A DNA stretch of 64,000 nucleotides from an uncultured virus (IMG/VR IMGVR_UViG_3300044796_000330) (taxonomy: Duplodnaviria; Heunggongvirae; Uroviricota; Caudoviricetes), in the IMG/VR virus record IMGVR_UViG_3300044796_000330. One strand, 5' to 3'. The notes beneath the pieces are model-generated. The model ran no database searches and was not told the DNA's origin. It worked only from the letters and a program-made list of their open reading frames with translations. The first letter of the stretch is position 1, and each line of letters opens with the position of its first letter. Of this stretch, positions 35,740 through 47,612 are shown one piece after another. The position numbers and the translations under genes are program-made.

Positions 35740-37672
35740 ATGACCAAGTATATCGCCAAGGTTTATCAGGACAAGGATACCATTACCGCTGTCTTCCATT
35801 CGCAGGGATATTGGATTGATTTCATCAAGCCGTATGTCTATGCATGTCAGGACGCCGGACTAAAGATCAACCTGTCTGATATCATCGAGAGCGGAAACAG
35901 AAGCGTTATCCTTGTGCTTCCAAGCAAGAATACAAGCGGAAAAATCTTGGTCAAGAAGCAGGTTTGGAAAACGAGATGCGTTGAGTTTGGCACTGCTCTT
36001 ATCTCGACCATCGTATATTTCGGCATTATTATGCTGGCTATAACAATTGGGAAACTACTTATCCGATGAATGATTCCAAAGGAAAAGAGTTGGCCGTTGG
36101 ACAAACGGTGAAGGAATGCTGGAATAAACGCGGCGGAAAGAGCAAGATTACAGCTCTTGAAGAGCCTTTCGTTTATGTTAGACGAGAGTATGGATATGAC
36201 GATTCACCGATTTTTCCAGAGGATCTCATCGTTGTTGATACACATGATGTGTGTATTACCATTACGATGAACTGCGAAACCGAAGCAGAGGCCGCGAAGA
36301 AGATCAAAGAGTGGGTGTCTGTCGTTGAAGGATCTCTTCCCGCTGATGCCGCAAGCTACAATATTGAAGTGAAACTCTGAACCAGAAGGAAATTCAAATG
36401 GAAACCACAAAGAAGAATCTCAACAACGGCGTTCTCAATATGCACCTCCGCGATGCGGCAGGTCAGCTCACTTGCTCTGAAAAGTTCAAGCCGCTCACTC
36501 AGCTAACAGTGCCGGAAGCAAAGAAGAAGAGCTTTCAAACTTCGCACGCGCCACACGCAATGTGTGGGTGTTTCAGTTGCATGGAGCTTGCAAAGACTTT
36601 CGTTCTCGACGACGAAGAGCTGAAGCAAGATGTGGAAGACGCATCGGCAAAGTATGTCGATAACGACCAGTAAGCTTCCGTCGTGATCTGCGGTGAAATT
36701 GTTGAGGTGTTGTCGAATCCTCTTGGCAACATCAAATCCACCGCTCACTATATTGGAGAACCTGCCGAGATTGTCGCCATCATAAATGATGGCGCTTCTC
36801 TTGTGCGGTTCTCTGATGGTCATCAAATGACTGTAGAGAACGACAAGATCAAATCATTCAAGGATAAGACTATGGCTATCAAGAGAGAGATTGGGGATCG
36901 TATCATTATTGCTGACGGTAGGGATTATGTCCCGCCCAGCGCTCGTGTTATTGCTTCTACATTCAAAGAAGCAGCAGAAGACGAGAAAAGCATTTACATC
37001 TCACAAGGGAAGCTCGGCATTTCGATTTCAATTGAATCTTTGCGGCGAATTCTCAAGTGGGCAGAAGACGGAGAATAGTTTATGGCGGCGTGTTTATTTC
37101 CAGCAAATACTCGTGTAGCGTTTAGAAGCAATACCAAAATTCGAGGTGCTGTCTCGACTTGGTTCGATGGCGATAGGGATATCCCACCGAGCAAAAGTAT
37201 GTATTGCATACATTGGGACGGAGTCAGCGGCGATTATTGGTATTACAGCGAAGAGCTAATCCTTGAGAAGGATGCGCCGAAAGAAGAACCACCAAAAGAT
37301 ACGCCAAAAAAGAGCGGCATACAAAATGACTTTGTATATATCGGATATGATGTGCTTGCGAAGGGTGGCTAAATAATGACCAACAATCAGAGAGTAAAAA
37401 TCGCATTGTGTCGTGCTCTATTCTCTTTGAAGAACAGGTCATCGGTTGTATCCCGTCTCAGTGATAATGATATGAGTCTGCTTGCCGATATCAGATACTG
37501 GAAAAACCTAACCATGAGAATGCCAAAGCCGTATGTATTCACAAGCAATGACTACTATGGTTGTATGATGAATGTCCTCAGTAGGTTTAAGATACCGTTG
37601 AATGGACTGACTGAGCGAGAGATAATTGAACTTGGCCGCGAATTCTTCACCAACAGACTCCATAAGTGTTGA
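35740..37672 (+). other. Run of hypothetical ORFs (35740-36069, 36066-36380, 36398-36673, 36683-37078, 37082-37372, 37376-37672)
   Basis: Contiguous + strand ORFs; 37082 is a distant SH3-like member. Confidence 0.55.
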
Positions 37673-37692
37673 ATCGCTGACGCCCGTGTGGT

Positions 37693-37707
37693 TGGCACGC
37701 TTGTTGC
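37693..37707 (+). promoter_or_regulatory. sigma54 promoter motif
   Basis: TGGCACG-CTTG-TTGC in an intergenic gap. Confidence 0.55.
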
Positions 37708-37715
37708 CCAACGAT

Positions 37716-37751
37716 GAAAAACGCCCCGCCACACTTGACAGTGGCGAGGCG
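37716..37751 (-). terminator. Terminator for the minus-strand protease gene, overlapping a -35 box
   Basis: CGCCCCGCCAC / GTGGCGAGGCG stem followed by a U-run on the minus strand. Confidence 0.6.
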
Positions 37752-37763
37752 AATCGTTAGGTT
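37735..37763 (+). promoter_or_regulatory. sigma70-type promoter, antisense to the protease gene
   Basis: TTGACA-17 nt-TAGGTT. Confidence 0.55.
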
Positions 37764-37783
37764 GTTAACTGAGGACAGTGAGA

Positions 37784-38638
37784 TCATTCCTTCGGGTTAG
37801 GGTTGATCTTCATCGCGATCAAATGCTGTCCAATAAGAAAACCCCGGATTGTTTCCAAATGAACGCAGAAACCCATATCAGGGGCTCGTGTAATGAAGTC
37901 CGCCATCCCGACAAGTTCTCCACTCGAATTGAACGCTCCGCCGCCTGAGTTTCCGTGCCAAACTGGCGCTTGAACTTGCATAAACGGAATATCTCGCTGA
38001 GAGTCATCTCCAAAGAGAGCGCTCTTATCATCACGGTAAGCCGATACCATACCCTTCATATAGCTCCAATAAAGTCCGTTCTGATGCCCCATAAAATACA
38101 CATCTTCCCCAACAGCAGGACTCGCCTCAGCTAACTGAGCCACTTCGTGTCGAAGTGAGCCTGGATTGACAACCTGCAATAGAGCAATATCATCTTGTTT
38201 GCTGAGCTTAAGAACATTGGCTATGTGATCTGCTGATGGTTCTTGACCAACATTCGTCACTTCGTTAGCCTGAATAAAATGCACGGTGACTGTCGCCGGA
38301 TCAACATAAGGAGGATCAATGGCGCCGAGAGCCAACATCATCTCCAACATTTCAGGATTTACGCCTTGCGCTACTGCTGACTCTAAAAGTTGTTCTTCTC
38401 CGAGTCTATGAGCCAAACCTTCGACACAATGGTTTGCTGTCAGAATAACCGATTTGCTAATCCAGGTTCCAGTGCACATAGACCGCGTATCACCCTTATA
38501 AGTATGAACCATAGCAATGGTCACATTCGTAAGGTGGTTAACCCTCGCAGTATTATCTGCACGAGTAAATGCACTTGTAGTGCACCCCGCCATTGTCAAA
38601 CAACTCAAAATCAAGGCAAGAAGCGCTACAAGTTTCAT
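37784..38638 (-). CDS. Trypsin-like serine protease, lipoprotein
   Basis: MAG-C lipobox; LTANHC, DDIALL, GNSGG catalytic triad motifs. Confidence 0.9.
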   Translation of the reverse strand: MKLVALLALILSCLTMAGCTTSAFTRADNTARVNHLTNVTIAMVHTYKGDTRSMCTGTWISKSVILTANHCVEGLAHRLGEEQLLESAVAQGVNPEMLEMMLALGAIDPPYVDPATVTVHFIQANEVTNVGQEPSADHIANVLKLSKQDDIALLQVVNPGSLRHEVAQLAEASPAVGEDVYFMGHQNGLYWSYMKGMVSAYRDDKSALFGDDSQRDIPFMQVQAPVWHGNSGGGAFNSSGELVGMADFITRAPDMGFCVHLETIRGFLIGQHLIAMKINPNPKE

Positions 38639-39005
38639 ATTACATCCTTTTGGGTAAAAGCCCGTAATAAATACGGGAATAGTCGTTAGTTTCATCTGAA
38701 ATCATCAAACCGAGGTAAATAAGAACAATGGGCGCTAAATTGGCAAAGCTTCGTAAATTGGGCTCTTGCGTGTGTCATAATACTGGTCTGCTGCAAGCAG
38801 AGCGTGTTATTCACGAGGATAACACTCGATCGATTAAGGCTGTCTTGTGCAATCAGCATCCTAATGGGTTTGCTGATAAGGCACTCGCCTCGTTGCGATC
38901 TACCGGATTGCACGTTGAGACAACTGTTGGGGTTGCTCGCGAACCCTCTGACGATTAACCAAAGTCTATCTCTCGAAACGTCTCTCTACCAAAGGTCAAA
39001 AGCAA

Positions 39006-39683
39006 ATGGTCAGGATGCGCACGGCAAAAGAAGTTGAGGCTGATCTGGTTGTTGCCCAGGCAAAGCTTGATGAAGCTCTTAACGGCTATCACCTGGCGCG
39101 CAAGTCAGTGATTGCGGCAGAGGATATTGCAATTGGGTGTAGGGAGACCCTTCGAATCTTGAAGGAAGAACTGGAAACTACGGCTTTCAATGAAGTCACA
39201 ATCGACGAAGTCTCGTCTCGTGATAAAGAAATCTCTGAGTTTCGAGAGAGAGTCGCAGGAGTGATGGAGCGGCTTGAGAAGAATGGAACCGCCGTTCTTG
39301 TCGAGCCCATCAGCGCTTGGATTTCCGCGAATAAGGATCTGGCTCGCCAGCACGCGGGATGCTACGTGGCTCTTGCATTCTACAAGGGAATCCTTGTATC
39401 TCATAAGGATAAGGATACGTTTTCTATTCGTCTTGCCAATCTTGATCCGAGTATGCGGCAGATTGCTCACGTCTTCGAAATGGATGTGTATCTGAAAATT
39501 GTCGATGGTGGTCTGAAGGATAAGATTGGTAATTGGATTTCCATCAATCGTAAGCAGCTTCTTGCCTCTCAATCGTTTAGAGAGGCGGCTCAGATTATCG
39601 CCAAGGGTCTCGGCAATAAAACACCGAGCGACGATGAATTGACATACATTGAGGGTGTGCTTGGCGCTTCGCGAGCCGCTTGA
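39006..39683 (+). CDS. Hypothetical coiled-coil protein
   Basis: 225 aa ORF. Confidence 0.6.
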   Translation: MVRMRTAKEVEADLVVAQAKLDEALNGYHLARKSVIAAEDIAIGCRETLRILKEELETTAFNEVTIDEVSSRDKEISEFRERVAGVMERLEKNGTAVLVEPISAWISANKDLARQHAGCYVALAFYKGILVSHKDKDTFSIRLANLDPSMRQIAHVFEMDVYLKIVDGGLKDKIGNWISINRKQLLASQSFREAAQIIAKGLGNKTPSDDELTYIEGVLGASRAA

Positions 39684-39708
39684 CAGGTTCGCTCCGAGTG
39701 ATTATGAT
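39680..39708 (+). promoter_or_regulatory. sigma70-type promoter
   Basis: TTGACA-17 nt-TATGAT. Confidence 0.7.
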
Positions 39709-40220
39709 TGGGGTTGATTTGTATGGATTGTGATGTATGTAAAAAAGCACTGACGGAAGACGATACTTACGAGCGAATAATCTGCCTGCCCTGTAAAAGA
39801 GTTGAGGAGAAAACGCATTGTATTCGATGCCGTTCAATCATTTGGCTTGCTAACAAGGGGACAAAGGTAAAGGCGCATTTTCGCAAACACATCAGCAGAT
39901 ATGCAAACATTGCATCAGTGATAGCCACGCTTTATACACTACATCATTTCTTCTCGGCGACAACAGAGAAGCTTGCGATCGGTGTTGGGTTTATATTGGC
40001 CGTTGCGATCGTCTTGTTCTCAATTATCCTCGGGCCGTTCCATCTCATTAAGTTTATCGATAGACATACAAGCGATAGTCCAAGCGATTTTAGTGATGGT
40101 CCAGACAAGTGCCTCGCGTGGTTGGTTGGTGTTATTTTGATCGTGATTGTCGGTCTTGTTGTTTGGTTTATCTACATACTCGGCAACTACGGATACATTC
40201 ACTGGCTCCACTCACAATGA
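39708..40220 (+). CDS. Zinc-finger membrane protein
   Basis: CxxC motifs then about 3 TM segments; start probably at 39724. Confidence 0.55.
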   Translation: MGLICMDCDVCKKALTEDDTYERIICLPCKRVEEKTHCIRCRSIIWLANKGTKVKAHFRKHISRYANIASVIATLYTLHHFFSATTEKLAIGVGFILAVAIVLFSIILGPFHLIKFIDRHTSDSPSDFSDGPDKCLAWLVGVILIVIVGLVVWFIYILGNYGYIHWLHSQ

Positions 40221-40472
40221 AGAGAACACCTCCTCAATCGATGGTCATTCTAACGCCGAAGAATGACAAAGGCAAAGCAAAGCTTGCTCATCACGGCGAA
40301 AAGTGGAAGTGCCTTGGTGTTCAGGATGGCCTGAAGTTCTCAATGGACAAGTCAAGGCATATGCGACTTATTAGTCGCGACGGATCGAAACTCATTTTCG
40401 TTAAGGAGTGCGACGATCCGGATTTTGAATCAAGGTTCGTGTAAGACAAAAACTCAGGAAGAGGAAAGAACA

Positions 40473-41561
40473 ATGAAGACGAAGCTCATCAATTTTGGAC
40501 TACTCACCGCAGCGTGCTTGGCTCTTGTGCCCGCGACTGCAAGTGCGCAAAGTCTCACGCTCAAGCTTGAGCCGGGCGTAGCTATTCCGCTTACGCAGCC
40601 GCAGGACAATCGTTTTAAGCCCGGTTTCGATGGTGAGGCAAAGTTGCTGCATAGTCTTTGCCCTTACTTCAGCCTTGGCCCGATGGCGGGAGCAATGTTT
40701 CTTCCTGGTAAGGATGGCAATCCTGACGGAAGTGTTTGGATGTTTGGTGGCGCGCTTGATCTTCATCGTCCGCACGATAGAGCAAACAATACTGGTAGCG
40801 GATGGAACGCGGCGAGTCCGTGGGCTGGCGTTGATGTGGCATTTGTTCGCACAGGAGATCTGAATCGATTCGGCCTTTCCGAAGCAGTTGGCGTTAGCTG
40901 GCCTACGGGAGATGACAGATTGGTTTGGGTTGGTCCGTTTCTTCGTTATCTCGAAGTCTTTCAGGATAATGATCCTGGTCGAGATAGCCGAAACGCCAAG
41001 ACGCTCATTGCTGGTTTGAGTTTTGAGTTTGACGATCGAATTGATCCGGCGTCTTCTGCGCCTGCCCCTCTTCCTCCGCCACCTGCGGATACTACGACGG
41101 TTATCACAACCGTTGTTCCTCCGCCAGAGACGCAGGTTGTTATTACTCAAACCGTGAAGCATATTCAGGCGAGAGTTCAGTTCGACTTCGATTCGCCCGT
41201 AATGGTTCTCGAAGATCCAGAAGGGTTCGAGGGGTTTGTGTCCGCTGTGGCTGCGAACTTCGGCAGAGAAGATGCAAAGCTTCTCAAGGTTGAAGTCAAG
41301 GGCTACGCCTCTGACGAAAATCATCCGTGGGCAAAGGAGCACAATCAAAAGTTGAGCGAAGCTCGCGCTCAGGCTGTTGCTAACTTCCTTGTGGCGCACG
41401 GTATCCCTGCGAGTCTTCTCACGGTTCATGGATTCGGCACCGCAAATCCGATCGCAGACAATTCGACCGAGGCCGGTCGTGAGCAAAATCGCAGAGTTGA
41501 TTTTGATGTCAGCATTGAAATCACCGTTCAATCGACAGTTTCCAAAGGAGAGACAAAGTGA
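40473..41561 (+). CDS. OmpA-family outer-membrane protein
   Basis: Signal peptide, beta-barrel, Pro-rich linker, VQFDFDS, NQKLSEARAQAV, GFG..NPIADN.T..GR..NRRV. Confidence 0.92.
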   Translation: MKTKLINFGLLTAACLALVPATASAQSLTLKLEPGVAIPLTQPQDNRFKPGFDGEAKLLHSLCPYFSLGPMAGAMFLPGKDGNPDGSVWMFGGALDLHRPHDRANNTGSGWNAASPWAGVDVAFVRTGDLNRFGLSEAVGVSWPTGDDRLVWVGPFLRYLEVFQDNDPGRDSRNAKTLIAGLSFEFDDRIDPASSAPAPLPPPPADTTTVITTVVPPPETQVVITQTVKHIQARVQFDFDSPVMVLEDPEGFEGFVSAVAANFGREDAKLLKVEVKGYASDENHPWAKEHNQKLSEARAQAVANFLVAHGIPASLLTVHGFGTANPIADNSTEAGREQNRRVDFDVSIEITVQSTVSKGETK

Positions 41562-42499
41562 AAAGACTACTCGCAATTCTACCCGCAGTTTTCCTCGCAA
41601 CAGCTTGCGGACCAAACTCGAACGTCGTAGATTTCCCTGATGATGCTTCGCCGCCGCTCGGCGTGGTTCATAACAGTAGCTCTTCTGGCTCTGGCTCTTC
41701 GAGCGGGAGTAGCAGCGGGAGTAGTTCTGGCTCTTCGAGCAGCGGAAGCGGAAGTTCAAGCTCCTCTGGATCTTCGTCGAGTGGTTCCGGTAGCTCTTCC
41801 TCTGGCTCTGGTTCTTCCAGCAGCGGAAGCGGCTCGGGCTCGTCTTCCTCTGGTAGCGGATCTTCTTCCTCTGGTAGCAGCAGCGGTGGAAGTGGCTCTG
41901 GTTCCTCTTCGAGTGGCTCTTCGTCGTCCGGTAGTGGAAGTAGCGGCAGTTCTGGCTCGTCCTCTGGTTCTGGCTCTTCGTCTGGCTCGTCGTCTTCTGG
42001 CGGTGGGAATGATGATGGTGGAAGCGTAAGTGATGATGCTGGATCTTCTTCTGAATCTGGCAGCGGGAGCGGCTCGTCGAGCAGTGGTTCCAGTAGCGGA
42101 GGAAGCGGAAGCAGCTCCGGCTCTTCCTCGGGTGGAAGCGGTTCTGGTTCTTCTTCTGGTGGAAGTAGTTCTGGCGGCGGAAGTAGCTCGGGCAGTTCCA
42201 GCGGCTCGGGCAGTAGCTCGGGAGGCGGTTCTGATGATGCCGGGCTCGCCGATGATGCTACGGTCGCGGACGACGCGGCAAATGGCAATGATGCGGGACA
42301 TTCCAGCGATGCGTCAAGCACCGTCGATGCTTCCTCGTGCAATAGTCAATGCTTGACCGCTGAGGTAGTATGCTTGATGTCGTGCAAAGAGTGCGCGGCA
42401 GACAGAGCTGGAAATTGTGTAGAGCAGTGCCGTTGCGCTTTTGACAAGTGCGAAGCTGCTTGTATGCCTTCATGCGATCCGACGCCCACCCAACAGTAA
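41558..42499 (+). CDS. Lipoprotein with long Ser/Gly linker and Cys-rich C-terminus
   Basis: FLATA-C lipobox; about 180 aa of S/G; DDAG/DAS motifs; 10 Cys at the end. Confidence 0.8.
   Translation: MKRLLAILPAVFLATACGPNSNVVDFPDDASPPLGVVHNSSSSGSGSSSGSSSGSSSGSSSSGSGSSSSSGSSSSGSGSSSSGSGSSSSGSGSGSSSSGSGSSSSGSSSGGSGSGSSSSGSSSSGSGSSGSSGSSSGSGSSSGSSSSGGGNDDGGSVSDDAGSSSESGSGSGSSSSGSSSGGSGSSSGSSSGGSGSGSSSGGSSSGGGSSSGSSSGSGSSSGGGSDDAGLADDATVADDAANGNDAGHSSDASSTVDASSCNSQCLTAEVVCLMSCKECAADRAGNCVEQCRCAFDKCEAACMPSCDPTPTQQ
41675..42232 (+). repeat. Ser/Gly low-complexity coding tract
   Basis: Degenerate TCT/AGC/GGC repeats. Confidence 0.9.
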
Positions 42500-42503
42500 G
42501 TAA

Positions 42504-44002
42504 ATGACGAAACGATCCTCAACCGACTTCTTCATCACCACTGACAAAAAGCTTGACGTCTCGGACGTTCTGCGTCAGTTGAGTGCTATCAATGAGTTCC
42601 CTTGCGTAATCCTAATGAACAATAGGACTCTGCCTATTGCAAGCAAGGATGAACTATGGGTTCTCAAGATGGGACTGGAAGTCGGTTGGGATCTTGTGCT
42701 GGACAAATGGGAAGGCGGAATGCTAAAACCAAACAAGTCTCCTCCGCCAAAGCCAGAGACAAAACCAACCATTGAGGGAACGCTTTGAATAAAGCAATCG
42801 TCTCTCGTGTTCTATTTTCACTGGCAAGTGGTGCCGTGTTAATGTTTGGTGCTTATCGTAGTGCCGAACGTTGGGCAGTCATCGCAAATGAGACTGTTCC
42901 TCACGCTCTCGTTTTTCAGTGTATTACAAGTTTGCTGTGGTGGGGATTCTGTTTGTATATCATCTGGGGTTTCTTCCCGATGAACGATGATTGAATTACT
43001 CTCTCGTATTCGTGTCTATTTGTATGCGCAAGACACTTTGACAATATGCGCAAACTCATTATGCTATGGAAAAACCTGAACTGAAGTTGTGGCGTGGAAG
43101 TGTTATCTATCTTGGCAAATTGGCGGGGGTGCATAATAGCATCTTCCTACAAGCCAGCACAAAAGAGAAGGCCGAGAAGTTTATCGGGCAACGCATTCGA
43201 AAATACTACAAGAGCAAAGGCATCGATAAGGTTGAGTTTAAGGCGATCATAAATCTATCGTGCGAGGACGAAGTATCGTTTTTCCAGCAGAATTCAGCCA
43301 ATAAGCAGTATAGTGGATTGATGAACTGAGACTATCAAAGAACCGATGCCTAACAACAAAATCAATCTATGGTCTGTCATTCCAAATGGGCAAACCATTT
43401 GTGAGTGTGGCGAGACTGAGCGCAGACACCGATGCGACTATTGGTCTCACAACTGCGCATACTATTGCGATGTGTGCGAGTTGCACGCTCCTCCGCTCGA
43501 TTTGAAGAACTTTGTGTGGCTCGTTGTTGTCTATGTGTTGAGTGTTATTCCTTTCACGAGAAATCTTCTTCGTGAGTATGAGAACGAGCTTAGTGAATTG
43601 CAGGATACGATTATTGATGGTAGTCAGGCGTTGTCCGTTGAGATTGCTGCCAAAAATAAGTTCCGATGCTTCTGGGAGAAATCAAGAACAGATCTTGGTG
43701 ATGCGGCAGATTATTGGACAAACTACGGTGAGAAACGAGCGTATGCAAAGGCTGTAAGATCCTTCCAAAGTGTAGAGTGGCTTGATAATCCATCCTTCTC
43801 AGAAGAGGATAAGCTACACGCAGAAGCATTGAAAGATGCGATACGACACTCTGCTGGATCAAAATTCCGTCTTGATATGCGTATGCGAAATTTGCAAGAC
43901 GCAAAAGCGCAGAAACATCGAGAGTGGCTCGGATCTGCGAATGGAAAGAAATACTTGGCTTCTATGAAGGAAGCTGAACGACTTATGACGAAGAGTCAAT
44001 AA
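42504..44002 (+). other. Hypothetical ORFs (42504-42788, 42785-42994, 43066-43329, 43346-44002)
   Basis: Contiguous + strand ORFs. Confidence 0.55.
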
Positions 44003-44027
44003 GAAAGAGAAAGAACAATTAGGCTGA

Positions 44028-44102
44028 TGGGGGATCGTTCAACAGGCAGGACGATACACTTTGGATGTATCTATGAGGGTTCAAATCCTTCTCCCCCAGC
44101 CA
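44028..44102 (+). tRNA. tRNA-Gln(UUG)
   Basis: TGGGGGA/TCCCCCA acceptor, ATACA-CTTTGGA-TGTAT anticodon arm, GGTTCAAATCC T arm, G-CCA end. Confidence 0.95.
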
Positions 44103-44138
44103 ATCGGCGAACAAACTGTCAGAAAAGGAACAATCACA

Positions 44139-44441
44139 ATGAGCAAGTATCATATTCCAGTTATTGTCGAGGTCGAATGCGACTCAATCGACGAAGCACG
44201 AAGAGCCACTCAACGAATGATCGAGAGCGTTTCGTTCAAAGAGTTCTCTGGCGGAGATGAGGGCAAGAAGCCAACTCCCGCCACAATGAGAATCGCCAAC
44301 GACGGAATGAAGGCGAAGACCGGACAACGGGTATTCCTAATTCATCCCGAAGATTCGAATGCTGATTACTCTCCAGAGGAGTATGAAGCTGAGCGAGCCG
44401 CGAAAACATCAGAAACAAATCAGAACGACGAGGAGAACTGA
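44139..44441 (+). CDS. Hypothetical protein
   Basis: AGGA upstream; follows the tRNA. Confidence 0.6.
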   Translation: MSKYHIPVIVEVECDSIDEARRATQRMIESVSFKEFSGGDEGKKPTPATMRIANDGMKAKTGQRVFLIHPEDSNADYSPEEYEAERAAKTSETNQNDEEN

Positions 44442-44446
44442 CACAA

Positions 44447-44764
44447 ATGTTGGTGATCGGATTTCAAGCTGACCTGAAAGCTCCGTTTCATTCCGAATTG
44501 GAAATCGATGTTGATGTCGATTCTCCCAGGAAGATCCACGATCTTCTGAGCAAGAAAGCCAACGGCGCGTCCTTTACACATGTCATTTGCATCGAAAATG
44601 ATGGAGTTGTGGCTGAATTTGAAGACGAGACGGACTATGATCTGTCCGATGCCCCATCCACCGATGATGATGCGGACGACGAAGACGATGAGCTTAACCC
44701 CGACTCATTGCATGAAGACGGAGACGATACCGATACTTCTCTCGACGATCTCGATGGCGATTAA
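44447..44764 (+). CDS. Highly acidic small protein
   Basis: C-terminal half dominated by D/E. Confidence 0.65.
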   Translation: MLVIGFQADLKAPFHSELEIDVDVDSPRKIHDLLSKKANGASFTHVICIENDGVVAEFEDETDYDLSDAPSTDDDADDEDDELNPDSLHEDGDDTDTSLDDLDGD

Positions 44765-46280
44765 CGAATAAGGTGGTAAAATTGAGCAAGCAATCTGACG
44801 GTGATCTCGCGGAAGTTCTTTCTAATGCCAACGCAGCCCTTGTGGCATTGGAACCCGCTCTCAAACGATACAATCGAATTCTTTCATCTGACAACTATAG
44901 CGTTGGTGCTTATCTTGTTTCGAGCAAGTCCTGTCTTCAAACACTAATTCACCAAGCACGCTCGGCACAATTGAAGGCGCAACTCGCCTCGCGGGTGCAA
45001 GAACCAGGCCAGCTTGACAACGCCAAGCCGGTGGTTATGGTATCTGAACCAGCCTCGGTCGCTCACCCCAAGTGATCAAATGAAAAGCATCTCTCTATTC
45101 CTCCAATCAGTTGGGCGATTGTTTATCATCCTGTCGGTCGGGGATATCCCAATTCGTTCTTGGTCTAAAACCAAGTGTGATTCTTGCAACAAATCAGCCT
45201 CTCCATCGAAGGCTTGTTTTGAAGATAAGCTATTGTGGCTAACGGTTCCTGCTTGCAAATACTGTGTAAGTAGCCACACGCATTACAATTGTTCCTCCTG
45301 CAACAAAGAATGGCTGGCAATTTCAAAGGAGTATGGGTCTTGAAAAAGCGAGGATACCAATCTGTCATCGATCAACTTAAGCGAGAGCTTGGGCAAGAGA
45401 AACTCCGAGCAATGGTCGCCGAGGGCAAGCATCGCATTGTAAGTGCGGAGTTCGAAGCTTACAAATCGCTTGTGGAACCTATTGCAAACAAACCTGTTGT
45501 AAATAACAATCCAACTACTGAAGCTCTCGATCCGACGCATCCGCGAAAGACTATTGCGCCACCTAAAAAGGTGTCGCTGAGCGTCAATTGACGCAAACAG
45601 AATAAGGATAGACAATGGCAAAGAAAGACAACTTCGACCAACTCATTGCTGAGATGGCAGCTAACGCAAAGGGTTATGAAGCGAAAACCATTCGCTTTCT
45701 CGACTATTCCGCAAAGAAGGACGCAATTCTTGAAGCTTACGGCTGGACGCATAAGGAGTTCTGCCTCGAAATTCTGAAGCGTGGTCAGAGCGGAGTCCCA
45801 GGCGTCCGAAGAGGATAAGTGGATTCCTACACAAAATCAAGAACAGACGCTCAAGCTCGTGTCTGCGAAACTAATGGACATTGGGTTTGGGCATCTATTT
45901 TGTGGCGCCGGATCGGTGAAACCCATCACGCCTTGCAGTGCGAGAACATAGCACAATACATCTCATTAAACCCACGCATTAAGCTTATCGAAGAAAAACC
46001 CGTAATCATCGAACCCGCAAAGATGTGCCTCTAAACCTCGGAGAAGTAAGACAATGGAGAAGTGTTCGTCTATTGAAATTCCTGGTTGGGCTCCTTCGTG
46101 GGCTTGTTGTGAGTGCCGAAACAAAACCGGATACTCCACAGCAAATGGAAATCAACGAGACGAGTGCAAAGAGTGCGGACACAAACGCTGTAATGCTCCT
46201 GCCGTAAAAAGCGTAGCATTTGAAACAGAGAATGGGATCACAATCGTTCAGACAAAGACGGACACAAGGCAGCACAACTA

Positions 46281-46523
46281 ATGTTGGCAATTGGCGATAA
46301 TGTTCGCTTTACGCTGAAATATAAGCGTAAGCTGTGTGAGCAGTATCGTCAGAATCTGAAAAGCCCAGATACAGATTTGCTCATCAATCATGCCAATTGT
46401 GTTGGTGTTGTTTTTACGGTATGTTCAGACGTTGCAAGGGAAAAAGATTACCTTGTATATGTTAGGTGGCCAGATCATCCATATCTTACTGGCTTCTGGT
46501 CTTCAACTTTATTGAAAGCATAA
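46281..46523 (+). CDS. SH3-like paralog family member
   Basis: IGDNVRFT..YKRKLC...CVGVV...VRW. Confidence 0.75.
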   Translation: MLAIGDNVRFTLKYKRKLCEQYRQNLKSPDTDLLINHANCVGVVFTVCSDVAREKDYLVYVRWPDHPYLTGFWSSTLLKA

Positions 46524-46718
46524 CATGCTACGATTTATACTCACAGTTCTTATTGATAGATACGGCACATATGCCGTTAATGATGCTCTTGCCCAAATCT
46601 TCGATGGTCGAATTAGATACGGCAGCGAAGAAGACTATCAGCAGAACAAATTCAACGATGATCTATCGGAAGCGTATGATGAAATCAATCGCAACTTCTT
46701 CCGACTCAGAGACATAGA

Positions 46719-47483
46719 ATGACGCCCTGGCAAGAAAGCTTAAGTCATCTCGATCGTGATTACGATCATCTCGATGATGAGGTAGCCCATTTTGATCATG
46801 GCGCGTCAGAAGTAGAACGACCGAAGGCTATGGCAATCAAAGCACCCGCAAAGACAAACAAACCGCGACCCGCGATCTCCAATAGGGATTTCCGCGTTCT
46901 GCTCTATTTGCACCAAGTTTTGCAATCTCAGAGAGAAGATGAGGAGGCGGAAAAGCGCAGCAAAACCATTACCAAACTTGAGCCTGCCAAGTTTGCGCCG
47001 AAAAACAACTCAATCTCTGTTCTTCTTAAGCAGATTCTCTTGCCTACCGGCAAAGAAGGTATGCATATCAACGATATCATCGTGCAGCTTGAGCGGCTTG
47101 GACACCACATGCACTCTCAATACCACAAGTATTCCCAGGTTCATTCTGCTCTTCGCCGTAATAGCTACATGGTTATCAAGATTGGTAAGGGAAAGTTCCG
47201 TCTCCGTGATGGGTTTTTGCCACAAAGTCCAATTCAAAAGGTCGTTGCTTCTTCCTCTACCACAAAGAAGAATAACGTTCCAAATCTAATTGACGTTGCC
47301 AAGTATGTTATTGCGGAATGCTCAGATGATCCAACACTTGATACACAAAAGGTGTGGTCAATTATGGACGGGATGGGCTATGATTGCAATTACAAGTATC
47401 TGCAAACCAAGATGCGCGAGCATAAGATTGTCTTAAAGCCGAAGTTCAAGCGACCACTTGCGCGCTGGGGCGCGAATGATTAG
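46719..47483 (+). CDS. Winged-helix (HARE-HTH-like) DNA-binding protein
   Basis: GMHINDII..L...VHSAL.R.....KIGKGKFRL. Confidence 0.6.
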   Translation: MTPWQESLSHLDRDYDHLDDEVAHFDHGASEVERPKAMAIKAPAKTNKPRPAISNRDFRVLLYLHQVLQSQREDEEAEKRSKTITKLEPAKFAPKNNSISVLLKQILLPTGKEGMHINDIIVQLERLGHHMHSQYHKYSQVHSALRRNSYMVIKIGKGKFRLRDGFLPQSPIQKVVASSSTTKKNNVPNLIDVAKYVIAECSDDPTLDTQKVWSIMDGMGYDCNYKYLQTKMREHKIVLKPKFKRPLARWGAND

Positions 47484-47486
47484 ACT
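47458..47486 (+). promoter_or_regulatory. sigma70-type promoter
   Basis: TTGCGC-17 nt-TAGACT. Confidence 0.6.
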
Positions 47487-47612
47487 ATGATTCGTGGCAC
47501 GACGATGCCCCACAATCGCTCGCGAGCGCCGTGGTGGGCTGACTTCGCTTCCCTGGCAGCCACGCCCTCGCCAAGCCTAAAACCAAAACAGCAAACAGAA
47601 AGAACGACGAAA

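Noticed and set aside
40500..42356. Long alternative ORFs (40500-41759 minus, 41668-42342 minus, 41756-42301 minus, 41640 and 42030 plus)
   Set aside because: Shadow frames of ompA and the Ser/Gly repeat.
47495..47509. sigma54 site TGGCACGACGATGC
   Set aside because: GG-to-GC spacing is one base short, and it lies within a leader hairpin.
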